Below, piece by piece: positions 63,348 through 64,000 of a stretch of 64,000 nt of DNA. The notes under the pieces were generated by a model. The model made no database searches, was not told the DNA's origin, and worked only from the letters and a program-made list of their open reading frames with translations. Source of the stretch: Lepidodermella squamata (Eukaryota > Animalia > Gastrotricha); contig JBLDXI010000042.1 in the NCBI GenBank assembly GCA_047495785.1, positions 4,340,001 to 4,404,000 on the forward strand, read 5' to 3'. The position numbers and the translations under genes are program-made. The stretch's first letter is position 1, and the number at the start of each line of letters is the position of its first letter.

Positions 63348-64000
63348 AATCAAGGAGTCCCCGATACCTCAAGTCTTAGCCTTATGAACCACAAATTTCG
63401 ACATATCTTCCTGTTAATGTATTCTCTCGAAATTTCGGACCATTTCTACGTGAATATAACCCACATTTTCTTATGAGCAGCGATCGATTTTTAACCGCTT
63501 TTCTACTCTTCTCATCTTTGTGTTGTTGTTTCGGCGAAAGAGACATGTTTCTACTTTATCGTGATTTCTAGTTGTTTTCGACAGATAACGAGCGCAACTT
63601 GATGATGTAAACAGACTTTGTCCGGTATTTTTTAGAATCAAAAAGCAGAGCGACTTTCTTACTTGTTATGAAATGATGGCTAAAAAAAATAAACTTCGAA
63701 CTGCATCTTGGTCATTGCGTGGCTTGTTTGTTTCACAATTTGCTGCTAATTCCAGGTCGAACAACACAATAAGTTGCAAGTCGATGATCGCAGACGTGTG
63801 GGGCAAAGTGGTGGGGACTCACGCATATATCAATAATTGATAGCAATAACACATGGCGGCGACCTTTTGCTGTGAGGGTCCATATATTTCGTAAAAGTAA
63901 CGCGTGACTGCGCGCGGGTGGGTACCATTCCGCATTGAACTTTTTAAATCAATAAAATACACTAATGGACTGTGTTAAGTACAGACACTGCCGCACTCTC

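Overview
Compact, intron-containing animal (non-vertebrate bilaterian) genomic DNA, not prokaryotic. It has GT-AG introns, many only about 54-60 nt, and AT-rich spacers. Left block (1-22.7 kb): TDRD9/spindle-E piRNA helicase (8 exons, minus), CTDNEP1/Dullard (minus), an intronless acyl-CoA oxidase, an intronless divergent M1 aminopeptidase, and a puromycin-sensitive aminopeptidase (NPEPPS). The most striking structure is that this NPEPPS gene ends in three tandem, diverged, in-frame alternative terminal modules, each encoding a different ~110-aa C-terminus. The third module carries an extra intron. Middle block (23-41 kb): an RTP-like 3CxxC zinc-finger gene, a rearranged tandem duplication with nested TIR elements, orphan ORFs, a ~400-nt GC-rich element that looks like structured RNA, a foldback element and a small 3-exon secreted-protein gene. 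Right block: an atypical GAPDH, cyclin B3, an SLC16 transporter, a coiled-coil gene and a DmsR/myosuppressin-receptor-like GPCR. Splice acceptors just upstream of many start codons, and a 106-bp intergenic gap, suggest SL trans-splicing or operons. All exon models were derived by hand and checked for reading-frame continuity. No database searches were run.
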